This document shows, in pieces, positions 17,016-24,859 of a DNA stretch of 30,618 nucleotides; the stretch's first letter is position 1, and each line of letters opens with the position of its first letter. The stretch lies in the NCBI GenBank assembly GCA_030593425.1, contig JAUVHF010000001.1:1-30618 (forward strand). The letters are read 5' to 3'. Source of the DNA: Anaerolineales bacterium. Its GTDB lineage: Bacteria; Chloroflexota; Anaerolineae; UBA7937. Both the position numbers and the translations under genes were made by a program. The notes beneath the pieces are model-generated. The model saw nothing but the letters and a program-made list of their open reading frames with translations, did not search any database and had not been told where the DNA came from.

Positions 17016-17840
17016 CTACTCAAGTGCCAAAATCCGGGCCGCGTTTCCCCCCAATATCTTTCTCTTCGCCTCCTCGCTGATGGGCAAGGCTCTCAGGGCC
17101 TCGATATTGGCTTTGATGCTTCTCACCCCCGGCCAGTCGGAGCCGAAGAGTACTTTTGCGGAGTTCCTCTCCAAATCAGGGAAGTAAGTTAAGAGTTTCT
17201 GGGGCGGCAGCCCGGCTATCTCCATATAGACCTTTTCATGGAGCCGGGCTAAGAAGAGAGCCCGGTCGTACCAGAAGCCTCGGCCGCTGTGCGCCTGGAT
17301 GAGCACTAACTCAGGGAAATCCACGGCCAGGTCGTCTATGAAGAGGGGGTCGCCGTATTTCAGTCGCGATCCGCGGAAGGCAGAAGAGCCGGTGTGGATC
17401 ATCACCGGTATCCCCAGTTCCTCAGCCTGGGCATAGAGAGGGTAGATGGCACTCTCGTTAGGGTAGAAATGCTGATAGGTGGGGTAGAGTTTCAGGCCCC
17501 GGAAGCCAAGTCCCTTCACGCACCGTTCCAGTTCCTCCGCCGGGCTGGCCACCAGATAGGGGTTGATGTTGGCGAAGGGGATGAGCCGTTCCGATACTTG
17601 GCAGAACTCCGCTACCCCTTCATTGCTCATCATACCCGTGGTGATGGGGCTCAGTTCCGCCAAGACTACGGCATAATCCACCCCGCTCTCCTCCAGCATA
17701 TCCACTACCGCCTCAGGGGTGGCCATCCGTGCAATATACCGCTCCATATCTTCGCCGATAACCGACTCCAGATAACCCTTAGCCCCGGGCTGATAGCTCT
17801 CGTATTTTACGGGGTGCAGATGAAAATCTATGACCGGCAT
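17016..17840 (-). CDS. Amidohydrolase_2 family metal-dependent hydrolase
   Basis: IDFHLH, GLKLYP, VMIHTG, IQAHSG and LFGSDWP. SD GGAGG upstream. Confidence 0.88.
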   Translation of the reverse strand: MPVIDFHLHPVKYESYQPGAKGYLESVIGEDMERYIARMATPEAVVDMLEESGVDYAVVLAELSPITTGMMSNEGVAEFCQVSERLIPFANINPYLVASPAEELERCVKGLGFRGLKLYPTYQHFYPNESAIYPLYAQAEELGIPVMIHTGSSAFRGSRLKYGDPLFIDDLAVDFPELVLIQAHSGRGFWYDRALFLARLHEKVYMEIAGLPPQKLLTYFPDLERNSAKVLFGSDWPGVRSIKANIEALRALPISEEAKRKILGGNAARILALE

Positions 17841-17970
17841 GGGAGCCTCCTATCTATACAAAGAGTCGCAAGAATTCGGTGGGGTTGGCCACTAACAGAT
17901 CGCCGGGCTCCAAGGAGCCGAAATCGAGATCGTTCCTCTTAAAGAGAGGGTTGGCCATATGACAGCATCA

Positions 17971-17979
17971 AGTATACCA
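17971..17979 (-). promoter_or_regulatory. Extended -10 promoter for the amidohydrolase
   Basis: TGgTATACT on the minus strand, back to back with the maf promoter. Confidence 0.45.
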
Positions 17980-17982
17980 CCT

Positions 17983-18010
17983 TTGAGGAAATGCCAAAAG
18001 AGGATACAAT
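17983..18010 (+). promoter_or_regulatory. maf promoter
   Basis: TTGAGG-16 nt-TACAAT; ATG 18018 lies 7 nt downstream. Confidence 0.45.
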
Positions 18011-18017
18011 AAAAGGG

Positions 18018-18674
18018 ATGGTTGGGAAGCCGATGGTGAAACCTATCGTCCTAGCCTCCAGTTCGCCCCGGCGAAGGGAACTCTTTGCCCTCTTGGGCTT
18101 GCCTTTCCAGGTGGTCGATCCCCAAGTAGATGAGACCCCCTTGGAGGGGGAGAAGCCGAAGAGCACCGCTTTACGTCTGGCCTTCGCCAAGGCTCAAGAA
18201 GTGTCCATGAGCCATCCGGAGGCTATCATCGTGGCCGCCGACACCCTAGTCATATCGGGGGAGAAGATCCTGGGAAAGCCCGGGGATGGAGACGAAGCGG
18301 TCGCCATCTTGAAAGCGCTGAGGGGGAAGAAGCACCGAGTTATCAGCGGCGTGATAGTTCTCGATGCGGCCACAGGAGAGAAAAGGGAGGAAGTGGCCGA
18401 TACCCGGGTGTGGATGAGGGACTATTCCCAGGAGGAGATAGCCCGCTATATAGGACGAGGGGAGCCTTTCGATAAAGCAGGGGGTTATGCCATACAAGAC
18501 AAAGAGTTTCGACCGGTGGCCAGGGTGAAGGGGTGCTACGCTAACGTCATGGGCTTGCCCCTCTGCCACCTATACAGAGAACTGAGGAAGATGGGGCTCT
18601 CCATCGAGCCGCCGATCGAGGCTTGTCAGGTCTTCACGGGAGAGGAATGCCAGGCCTTCGGAGAACCCCTCTAG
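18018..18674 (+). CDS. maf: Maf/YhdE nucleoside-triphosphate pyrophosphatase
   Basis: IVLASSSPRRRELF, IVAADTLV, ILGKP, EPFDKAGGYAIQD and GCYANVMGLP. The start is 18018 or 18033; the ORF-track start 17991 lies inside the promoter. Confidence 0.92.
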   Translation: MVGKPMVKPIVLASSSPRRRELFALLGLPFQVVDPQVDETPLEGEKPKSTALRLAFAKAQEVSMSHPEAIIVAADTLVISGEKILGKPGDGDEAVAILKALRGKKHRVISGVIVLDAATGEKREEVADTRVWMRDYSQEEIARYIGRGEPFDKAGGYAIQDKEFRPVARVKGCYANVMGLPLCHLYRELRKMGLSIEPPIEACQVFTGEECQAFGEPL

Positions 18675-19726
18675 AAGCCCCACATGGCGTCCCTGAGTTT
18701 GGGTCGCAGGTATGCGAACTCCGAAGGGATACCCAAGAGACGACGGATAGCCACCCGATCCAGACACCCTAGGAGGAAGAAGAGCCTCCGCTCCCAACCC
18801 TGGTTGATAGGCACCGCCAGAAGGGGCAGGGCCAAGAGGTACCAGGGACGGGCGGTACCCACGCTTTTCAAAGCCACTACGAAGGCTAAGAGGCCGATGT
18901 ATTCGACGAAGCCCCGACGACGGAACATGAGTACTAACCCCAAGATCAAGAGGCCATAGGTCACTAGGGCGTTGGTCAGGATGAGCATGGAGGGGCTATG
19001 GCACAACTTGGGGAGATCGAAAACGTTCCAGGCATAAGGGTTACAGGCAGCCAAGGCGGCTTTGCCCATGAGGCGCGAGAGATAAGGGCCTCGCCAGGAG
19101 AAAAGCAGGCTGGGGATGAAACCTGCCGCAAAAGATGAGGTTTCGCGCCAGCCGAGTCTCTTGCTCAGGAAATAGGGCAAAAGAAATAGGGGCAGGACCT
19201 TGGACTGCACCCCCAAGGCCAAAGAGAAGTAGCCCAAAGAAGGGCGGCGCGGCAGAAGGTAGAGGGCCAGAAAGCCGAAGAATAGAGCCAAAGGCTCGAA
19301 CTGCCCCTCCCGAGAAACCCACCAGAGGCTGACTGGATTGGCATAATAGATCAAAGGAAGGAGTCTATCCTTGGTGATCTTCCAGACTAAGAAACTATTC
19401 GCCATCTCCAAGAGCGTGAGAACCAATTTCCCGAAGAACAGAGAGGGCCAGAGCTTGGAGAGGAGGGCGAAAAAGAGGATGGCCACCGCCGGGTAATCGT
19501 ACTCCTCCCGGGGCCACAAGTTAGCGTAAGGGGCGTCTCCGAAATCCCGCGGGGCGTATTCGTATATGGCCAACCCGTAGTTCCAAAACTCCTTCCCAAA
19601 CCCCATATGGCGCAAAAGGTCGGTGCTTCTTAAGGGTGGTTGGAAAACCATATAGAGCCGGTAGGCGGTGACCAGGGCGAAGAGCCAAAAAAGGCGGTTA
19701 CCACAGAGAGATTTAAGCCGGCCCAT
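18671..19726 (-). CDS. Polytopic membrane protein, probable GT-C glycosyltransferase (GT87/DUF2029-like)
   Basis: TM1 followed by RSTDLLRH, then YDYPAVAILFF, YYANP, EGQFEPL and ALGVQSKVLP. Hydrophobic throughout. Confidence 0.65.
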   Translation of the reverse strand: MGRLKSLCGNRLFWLFALVTAYRLYMVFQPPLRSTDLLRHMGFGKEFWNYGLAIYEYAPRDFGDAPYANLWPREEYDYPAVAILFFALLSKLWPSLFFGKLVLTLLEMANSFLVWKITKDRLLPLIYYANPVSLWWVSREGQFEPLALFFGFLALYLLPRRPSLGYFSLALGVQSKVLPLFLLPYFLSKRLGWRETSSFAAGFIPSLLFSWRGPYLSRLMGKAALAACNPYAWNVFDLPKLCHSPSMLILTNALVTYGLLILGLVLMFRRRGFVEYIGLLAFVVALKSVGTARPWYLLALPLLAVPINQGWERRLFFLLGCLDRVAIRRLLGIPSEFAYLRPKLRDAMWGF

Positions 19727-19732
19727 TATCCT

Positions 19733-21442
19733 CTACCCTTCGAAGAGGGGCACGATCTTGAACTGGGTCACGTCCACCAGCCCCTTGTCCGTCAGTTTGA
19801 GTTCTGGGATGACAGGGAGGGCCAAGAACGACATGGCCATGAAGGGGTTATCCACCTGACAGCCCAGACCCTGGGCCGCGGTCTCTAATTCATCCAGTTC
19901 GGCCCTCGTCTCCTCGATCGACTTGTCAGACATAAGCCCGGCGATAGGCAAGGAGAGGGTGGCTAGCACCTCACCGTCAGCGGCTACGACTAGCCCCCCG
20001 CGCATCTTCACGATCTCCACTGCCGCCTTGAGCATATCGGCATCGTTGGTCCCTACCACTATGATGTTATGGGAGTCGTGAGCCACGGAGGAGGCCAGGG
20101 CCCCTCGCTTGAGGCCGAACCCCTTGACAAAGCCCAACCCTATGTTCCCTGAGGCTTGATGCCTTTCGACGACCGCTAACTTGAGGATGTCTCGCCCCAC
20201 ATCGACCACCGCCAAGCCATCCTCCACCTTCACCCCCTCCACCAATCTCTGGGTCACCACTTGCTGGGGCGTCAGCCCGATTACCTTAGCCCGCTTGCCC
20301 TCCGCCCTTATTCGGAAAGCCTCTGGGTGTATCCAGGCCACATTGATGGAACTCCGCAAGGGCACCTCCCGAGGCGTAAAGACCCCGGGCATGAGTTGTC
20401 CATCCTGGGCTACTAGTTGACCGCCCCGGAAGACCTTCTTGATGTTGAGATCTTGGAAGTTGTCGAAGACCACCAGATCAGCCCTGTAGCCAGGGGAGAC
20501 GGCTCCCCGATCGTTCAAACCGAAGTACCGGGCGGTATTTATGGTGGCTAACTGGATGGCGAGGAGGGGGTCAAGTCCCAAAGCGCCCGCCTTCCGGATT
20601 ATATGATCGATATGCCCATGGTCCAAAAGGTCCCCGGGGAGGAGGTCGTCGCTCACAAACATGAATTGTCTAGAGTTTTCAGGCGTCACTAAGGGGAGAA
20701 GGGCCTCTAAATTCCTGGCCACACTCCCCTCCCGGATCATGATATACATCCCCAGGCGTAACTTCTCCTGCGCCTCCTCCAGGGTGGTACATTCGTGCTC
20801 GGAGGAGATACCAGTAGCCACATAGGCGTTCAGATCCCGACCGGTGAGGCGCGGTGCGTGTCCGTCTATACGACTATGCCGAGCGATCCTTATCTTCTCC
20901 AAGACATCCGGCTCCCTCTCTAACACGCCGGGATAGTTCATCATCTCCGCCACCCCCAGAACCCACTCATCGCTCAACAGGGGCCATATGTCATAGGCTG
21001 TGAGGTGAGACCCCGCCGTCTCCATCTCAGTAGAGGGAACACAGGAGGGCACCATCAAATAAACGCTTAAGGGGTTATACTTGCTCGATTCCAGCATATA
21101 TCTTATGCCGTCGAGGCCCATAACGTTGGCGATCTCATGGGGGTCAATCACCACTGTGGTAGTCCCATGGGGAACCACCGCCCTGGCGAACTCGGAGACG
21201 CGGATCATGGCGCTCTCGATATGTACGTGGCCGTCGATGAGGCCGGGAGAGAGGTAATCGCCCTCCAAGTCTATTACCTCCCGGGCCTCGTAAGCCCCCA
21301 GGCCCACGACCGAGCTACCGGAGAGGGCCACATCAGCCTCATGGATCTCCCCGGAGAGGACGTTCACTAGTTGGGCGTTCCTGAGAAGCAGGTCGGCCTT
21401 CTCTTCGCCGCGCGCCACTTTAATCAGTTGGTCGAGTTCCAT
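19733..21442 (-). CDS. ade: Adenine deaminase, 569 aa
   Basis: PGLIDGHVHIES, AEMMNYPGV, IDGHAP, EHEC, FVSDD and SSVAHDSHNIIVVG. Start ATG 21442 has SD GGAGG; the ORF-track extension to 21547 overlaps the Flp gene. Confidence 0.95.
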   Translation of the reverse strand: MELDQLIKVARGEEKADLLLRNAQLVNVLSGEIHEADVALSGSSVVGLGAYEAREVIDLEGDYLSPGLIDGHVHIESAMIRVSEFARAVVPHGTTTVVIDPHEIANVMGLDGIRYMLESSKYNPLSVYLMVPSCVPSTEMETAGSHLTAYDIWPLLSDEWVLGVAEMMNYPGVLEREPDVLEKIRIARHSRIDGHAPRLTGRDLNAYVATGISSEHECTTLEEAQEKLRLGMYIMIREGSVARNLEALLPLVTPENSRQFMFVSDDLLPGDLLDHGHIDHIIRKAGALGLDPLLAIQLATINTARYFGLNDRGAVSPGYRADLVVFDNFQDLNIKKVFRGGQLVAQDGQLMPGVFTPREVPLRSSINVAWIHPEAFRIRAEGKRAKVIGLTPQQVVTQRLVEGVKVEDGLAVVDVGRDILKLAVVERHQASGNIGLGFVKGFGLKRGALASSVAHDSHNIIVVGTNDADMLKAAVEIVKMRGGLVVAADGEVLATLSLPIAGLMSDKSIEETRAELDELETAAQGLGCQVDNPFMAMSFLALPVIPELKLTDKGLVDVTQFKIVPLFEG

Positions 21443-21519
21443 TTCCGCCTCCTTCGCCCTTGAAGAATAATCCCCACCACCAGAGGGGGTGCTTTGAAAC
21501 CCGCAGATAGCCCTCGATT

Positions 21520-21675
21520 TCAGACTGGCAGGTGGTTGATGATCCACTGGTAGGTTTCACTAAGCCAGCCGCCGAAATAGAGGAGCATGAGTAATGAAGC
21601 CAGGCCTATCGCTGTCAGGAGCAAGGCGTATTCCGTCTGCCCCTGGGCCACTTCTTCTCTTACCCTGCCGAGCAT
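21520..21675 (-). CDS. Flp/Fap type IVb prepilin, 51 aa (absent from the ORF track)
   Basis: Hand translation: MLGRVREEVAQGQTEYALLLTAIGLASLLMLLYFGGWLSETYQWIINHLPV*. It has a charged leader, A|QGQTEY (the usual G|xxxxEY site) and a hydrophobic helix. SD-like AAGGGTGG and a TATAAT at 21724-21729 lie upstream. Confidence 0.85.
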   Translation of the reverse strand: MLGRVREEVAQGQTEYALLLTAIGLASLLMLLYFGGWLSETYQWIINHLPV

Positions 21676-21785
21676 CGAGTCCACCCCTTAGTTTAACCGC
21701 TCGAATTCGTATGGGGGTGGGGAATTATAAGTGGGACTTATAGGCGTCCCACACTGGGCAGTGTTGCTATAACATTCGGCAATTG

Positions 21786-22646
21786 CTATCCAGTCAGCAA
21801 AACGTAAACATAAACAATACCTATGTAAAGCACCCCGGCCTTTAAGGAAACCGCGGCAAGCTTTTCAGATCGGGGTGCTTCCCGCCCTCGAATAAATCTG
21901 TGGGCCATAGACGGAAAGGCAATGAAAGCTAAGGGAAGTAACGATAGAGGTACCGTTCTATTTATGACGTAGACCAAAAGTATAAGAACTAGTGCCAAGC
22001 TAGCAACTTTTAGAAATATGACTGTGGTTTCAAGTCCAAATCTTGTTGTAAAATTGGTATCGGTTTTCGAATCAACTCCAAAATCCCGCACTTGCTGTTC
22101 TAGTTGAGCCGTCAATGATCCAAAAAGGGCCAGGGAAAGCATTGCATAATCAAGCCGAGTCCAGGCAGTGCCAACCAAAAATAGGCAAATTAAGTACGGG
22201 AAGGTTTGTATAAACGAAGCATGAAACAGCAAGTCAAACCCCGGCCGACTTTTGAAACGCAGGGGTTCTGCCGAGTATGCCCACATGACAAAAAAGCATA
22301 TGGCCAGGATGACAAGTCCTTTGATACCGAATTGGGCAAAAGCAAGGAATAGGAAGCTACTGATACCTATCAGAATAAGCAACGCTTTACCTTTGGGGAT
22401 TTCGTTTTGTACAAAAAAGTTGCGTTGTGCTTTAAATTCATCCTCAGCATCAAATGGGGCATCATGATAATCATTGATAACAAAAGCAAGCCCATACCCT
22501 ACCGCGATAGCAATAAGTAAAATGGTTGTTTGCATATTCACTTCGTTGTGTACCAATAAGGCAAGGGCGGCCCAAATTAAAGCTATCTCCCACCCGCCTC
22601 TGACGGGTGCGCCTATGTGGTTTAGAGCATCTCTGATAGTTTTGAT
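21786..22646 (-). CDS. UbiA-family prenyltransferase, about 286 aa if started at ATC 22646
   Basis: Asp-rich motifs INDYHDAPFD and QQVRDFGVD, YSAEPLRFKSRP, multiple TM helices. The frame is open and hydrophobic for 30 codons upstream of the ORF-track TTG, and AGGAG sits 7 nt before the ATC. Markedly AT-rich. Confidence 0.8.
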   Translation of the reverse strand: MKTIRDALNHIGAPVRGGWEIALIWAALALLVHNEVNMQTTILLIAIAVGYGLAFVINDYHDAPFDAEDEFKAQRNFFVQNEIPKGKALLILIGISSFLFLAFAQFGIKGLVILAICFFVMWAYSAEPLRFKSRPGFDLLFHASFIQTFPYLICLFLVGTAWTRLDYAMLSLALFGSLTAQLEQQVRDFGVDSKTDTNFTTRFGLETTVIFLKVASLALVLILLVYVINRTVPLSLLPLAFIAFPSMAHRFIRGREAPRSEKLAAVSLKAGVLYIGIVYVYVLLTG

Positions 22647-22955
22647 GTTTCTGCTCCTGCTGTTGCAAACCTGTTGTTCGATAACGGCGGCCTGCCTAAC
22701 GGACTGGAGCTCAGCCGCTGCCTAACTAAGGAGGCGGCACAATAGAGGTGAGGCTGGGTGATCTGATTACCCAGCCCTGGCGGCATCCGCTCGCACTTGG
22801 GGAGTGACGTGGGTGCCGCCGTCTTCATTATAGCGCATAGCATCCATTGGGTAAAGGGGCAGAGATTGACGCGTTGCCTGAAGAGCTGCCTGTGCTTCCA
22901 AGCAGTTCACAACGAGATAAGTAGACGGAAGAAGCATCTCGTGCAACCTTGCAAG

Positions 22956-22988
22956 AAATCCGCTGGGAACAACTCCCAGCGGATTTTT
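22956..22988 (+). terminator. Terminator-like hairpin in the debris region
   Basis: AAATCCGCTGGG-aacaact-CCCAGCGGATTT followed by TT. No recognisable upstream gene. Confidence 0.5.
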
Positions 22989-23798
22989 AGTCCTTAGCAG
23001 TATCCGAGTCCGTTCCATACTATATGTTGTGTCTTTGCCCTCAATTTGCCCATATCCAGCAGGTGTGTGGCCATCGTAGGTTTCGTTCTTTCAAAGTCCG
23101 CAGGACTTGTAAGATCGATCTACTTGAGGATGAAGTCCGCAGTTTGACAATCTGGCTCTAGGTCCCGTGGACCAAGACCGAGATATTTTCCTGGCCTCCA
23201 CGCTAGCACGAGCCGAAGGAGAAGTCAAATTCCGAGAAACGGCGGGGTGCACGCCAAAAGTCACACCGAATTGCCGCAATAGCCTGCTTGTCACGCTCCC
23301 CTGAATAGCGGTGACACCTTGCAAACACTGGAAACCTTAGCTCACGTGCACAGCCTTTCCGCTTGTTAGGTTCTCGCAACCGTCCCTCTCTTGTCGAAGG
23401 AAACGTGGTATAATTGCTCCACACTCCATACAAGGGAAAAAGCCCCGCTCGTTTCTGATGAACCAGTGAGCCGATGAGCTGCCGGATCTCCTGGCCCCGA
23501 AGGTGCGCGTCTCGGGGTCCTATCGTTGCCTTGTGCTTTCGCCGCGATCACGACAGTCAAAGGATGTCGTGGTGGTAACGGTTCTGGGTGGAATGCAACG
23601 TACCTCTGCCCATCACGGCTATGCCTTCGTGTCCCCGGTCGTGCACGGCCGCTGTGACTCGCAGGGAGACAGGGGGGTTATTCAGTTGTCAGCCGGGAGG
23701 TGAGCGAGCGCCGGGTGGGTGGCCGCAGGCGGTATCGAAAAGAGGGGAGTGGCCCAGCTCAAGCCCCTCAAATGCGTGATATGAAAGGAGGGAACATA

Positions 23799-24194
23799 AT
23801 GAGCGAATTCCTGATACGCAACGTGGCCGACATCGAAGAGATCGAAAGGGTTCCGATCACCGAACACATCAAAGCCCGCAACACCTACGAGATGCTCTGT
23901 CAAGGTGCTGCCATCAACCCCCAGAAGGTCGCCATCCACTTCATGATGAGCGGCGACGCCTACGACAACGCGATAGACATCACCTGCGAGCAACTCCTGG
24001 GCCGCGTCCACCAGACCGCCAACCTCTTCCACGACCTGTGTGTGCGCAAGGATGACGTCATCACCCTCGTGCTGTCCATGAAGGTCGGAGCGGCGCGATT
24101 GCTCTGTTGGTACGCAGCCTGGCTTCGCGATATGGCTGCCGCAATACCAAGAAAGCGGCGGTTAGTCTCATCAAAAATGCAACAACTGTGGTAG
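23799..24194 (+). pseudogene. Truncated 5' end of an AMP-binding acyl-CoA synthetase
   Basis: Strong SD AAGGAGGG. IRNVADIEEIERVP..NTYEML..AA.NP.KVAI.F..T.EQL..V.QTANLFHDL.V.KDDV is the N-terminus of long acyl-CoA synthetases. Similarity stops at about codon 92 (24074), before the A3 AMP-binding motif. Confidence 0.75.
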
Positions 24195-24196
24195 AG

Positions 24197-24225
24197 TTGA
24201 CAATTTGTCCAAACAGTGCTAAGAT
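24197..24225 (+). promoter_or_regulatory. Consensus sigma70 promoter of tetR
   Basis: TTGACA-17 nt-TAAGAT with TGc. Confidence 0.75.
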
Positions 24226-24231
24226 AGTCTA

Positions 24232-24245
24232 AGACCAACCGGTCT
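24232..24245. promoter_or_regulatory. Probable TetR operator
   Basis: AGACC-aacc-GGTCT dyad at the predicted TSS, resembling the TAGACC-N4-GGTCTA NemR-type box. Confidence 0.65.
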
Positions 24246-24274
24246 GTCTCTTAGCCTCGTGAAGGGCAGTCATA

Positions 24275-24859
24275 ATGAATCTAAAAGAAAGAATCATCCA
24301 CGAGTCCTTGAAACTATTCTCTTTGAAAGGATTTTGCAGCACCTCTATTAACGATATCTTGGAGGCTGCGAACACCTCAAAAGGCGGCTTCTATAATCAT
24401 TTCGCAAGCAAAGAGGATCTGTTCTTCCAGGTCCTGGATGAGGCGCAAAGAATTTGGCGTGAAAAGACTCTTTCAGGTCTGGATGAGATTGAAAGCCCGG
24501 TTGGAAAAATCAAAAGGGTCCTGGAAAACTACAGAGACAGGTATCTCAACGATACCGAGAATTTCCCCGGGGGCTGTATCTTTATTACCTTTTCCGTTGA
24601 ACTGGATGACCAGCGCCCCCATTTATCCAAAGAGGTTAGTAAAGGGTTTATGGGCCTCAAAGCCATGCTTAAGAGGCTTTTGGATGAGGGAAGAGAAGAG
24701 GGTGAATTGAGTAAGAATGTGGATACCAGTGCCATAACAGAAATGTTATTTGCCGGCATGTTGGGTGCTTCTGTTATTTATGGTCTGGATAAATCGACTG
24801 CCAGCCTGGACAGATCGATCAACACTCTAATCAACTATCTTGAAGAGCTGAGGTCATAG
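24275..24859 (+). CDS. TetR/AcrR family transcriptional regulator
   Basis: HTH: RIIHESLKLFSLKGFCSTSINDILEAANTSKGGFYNHFASKEDL. C-terminal GGCIF motif of the NemR-like subgroup. Confidence 0.93.
   Translation: MNLKERIIHESLKLFSLKGFCSTSINDILEAANTSKGGFYNHFASKEDLFFQVLDEAQRIWREKTLSGLDEIESPVGKIKRVLENYRDRYLNDTENFPGGCIFITFSVELDDQRPHLSKEVSKGFMGLKAMLKRLLDEGREEGELSKNVDTSAITEMLFAGMLGASVIYGLDKSTASLDRSINTLINYLEELRS

Noticed and set aside
21443-21519. Purine riboswitch upstream of ade
   Set aside because: The purine aptamer core (UAUAA..GAUAUGG..GUUUCUACC..CCGUAAA..GACUA) is absent, and the region further upstream is the Flp pilin CDS.
21730-21760. c-di-GMP-I riboswitch before flp (GGGACGC seen on the minus strand)
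   Set aside because: There is no GGCAAAC..GAAA P1/P2 or GCAAAGC continuation, and the sequence lies upstream of the -10, so it would not be transcribed.
23094-23142. AAGTCCGCAG repeated twice, 39 bp apart, as a CRISPR remnant
   Set aside because: Only two 10-bp copies, too short for CRISPR repeats, and no cas genes.
22694-23371. GCCTAAC (22694) and GTTAGGT (23365) as the two ends of one attC site
   Set aside because: They are about 680 bp apart, far beyond normal attC size, and the inner L boxes are not complementary.
23210-23500. Group II intron domain V or hammerhead ribozyme (GAGCCG..., CTGATGA)
   Set aside because: The required partner motifs (GAAA/CGGTTC for domain V; stem II followed by GAAA for hammerhead) are missing.
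22767-23703. Short ORFs in the debris region (22767..23018 -, 23091..23324 -, 23203..23433 -, 23503..23703 +)
   Set aside because: No recognisable motifs and weak or absent SDs. A remnant cannot be excluded without a tblastn search.
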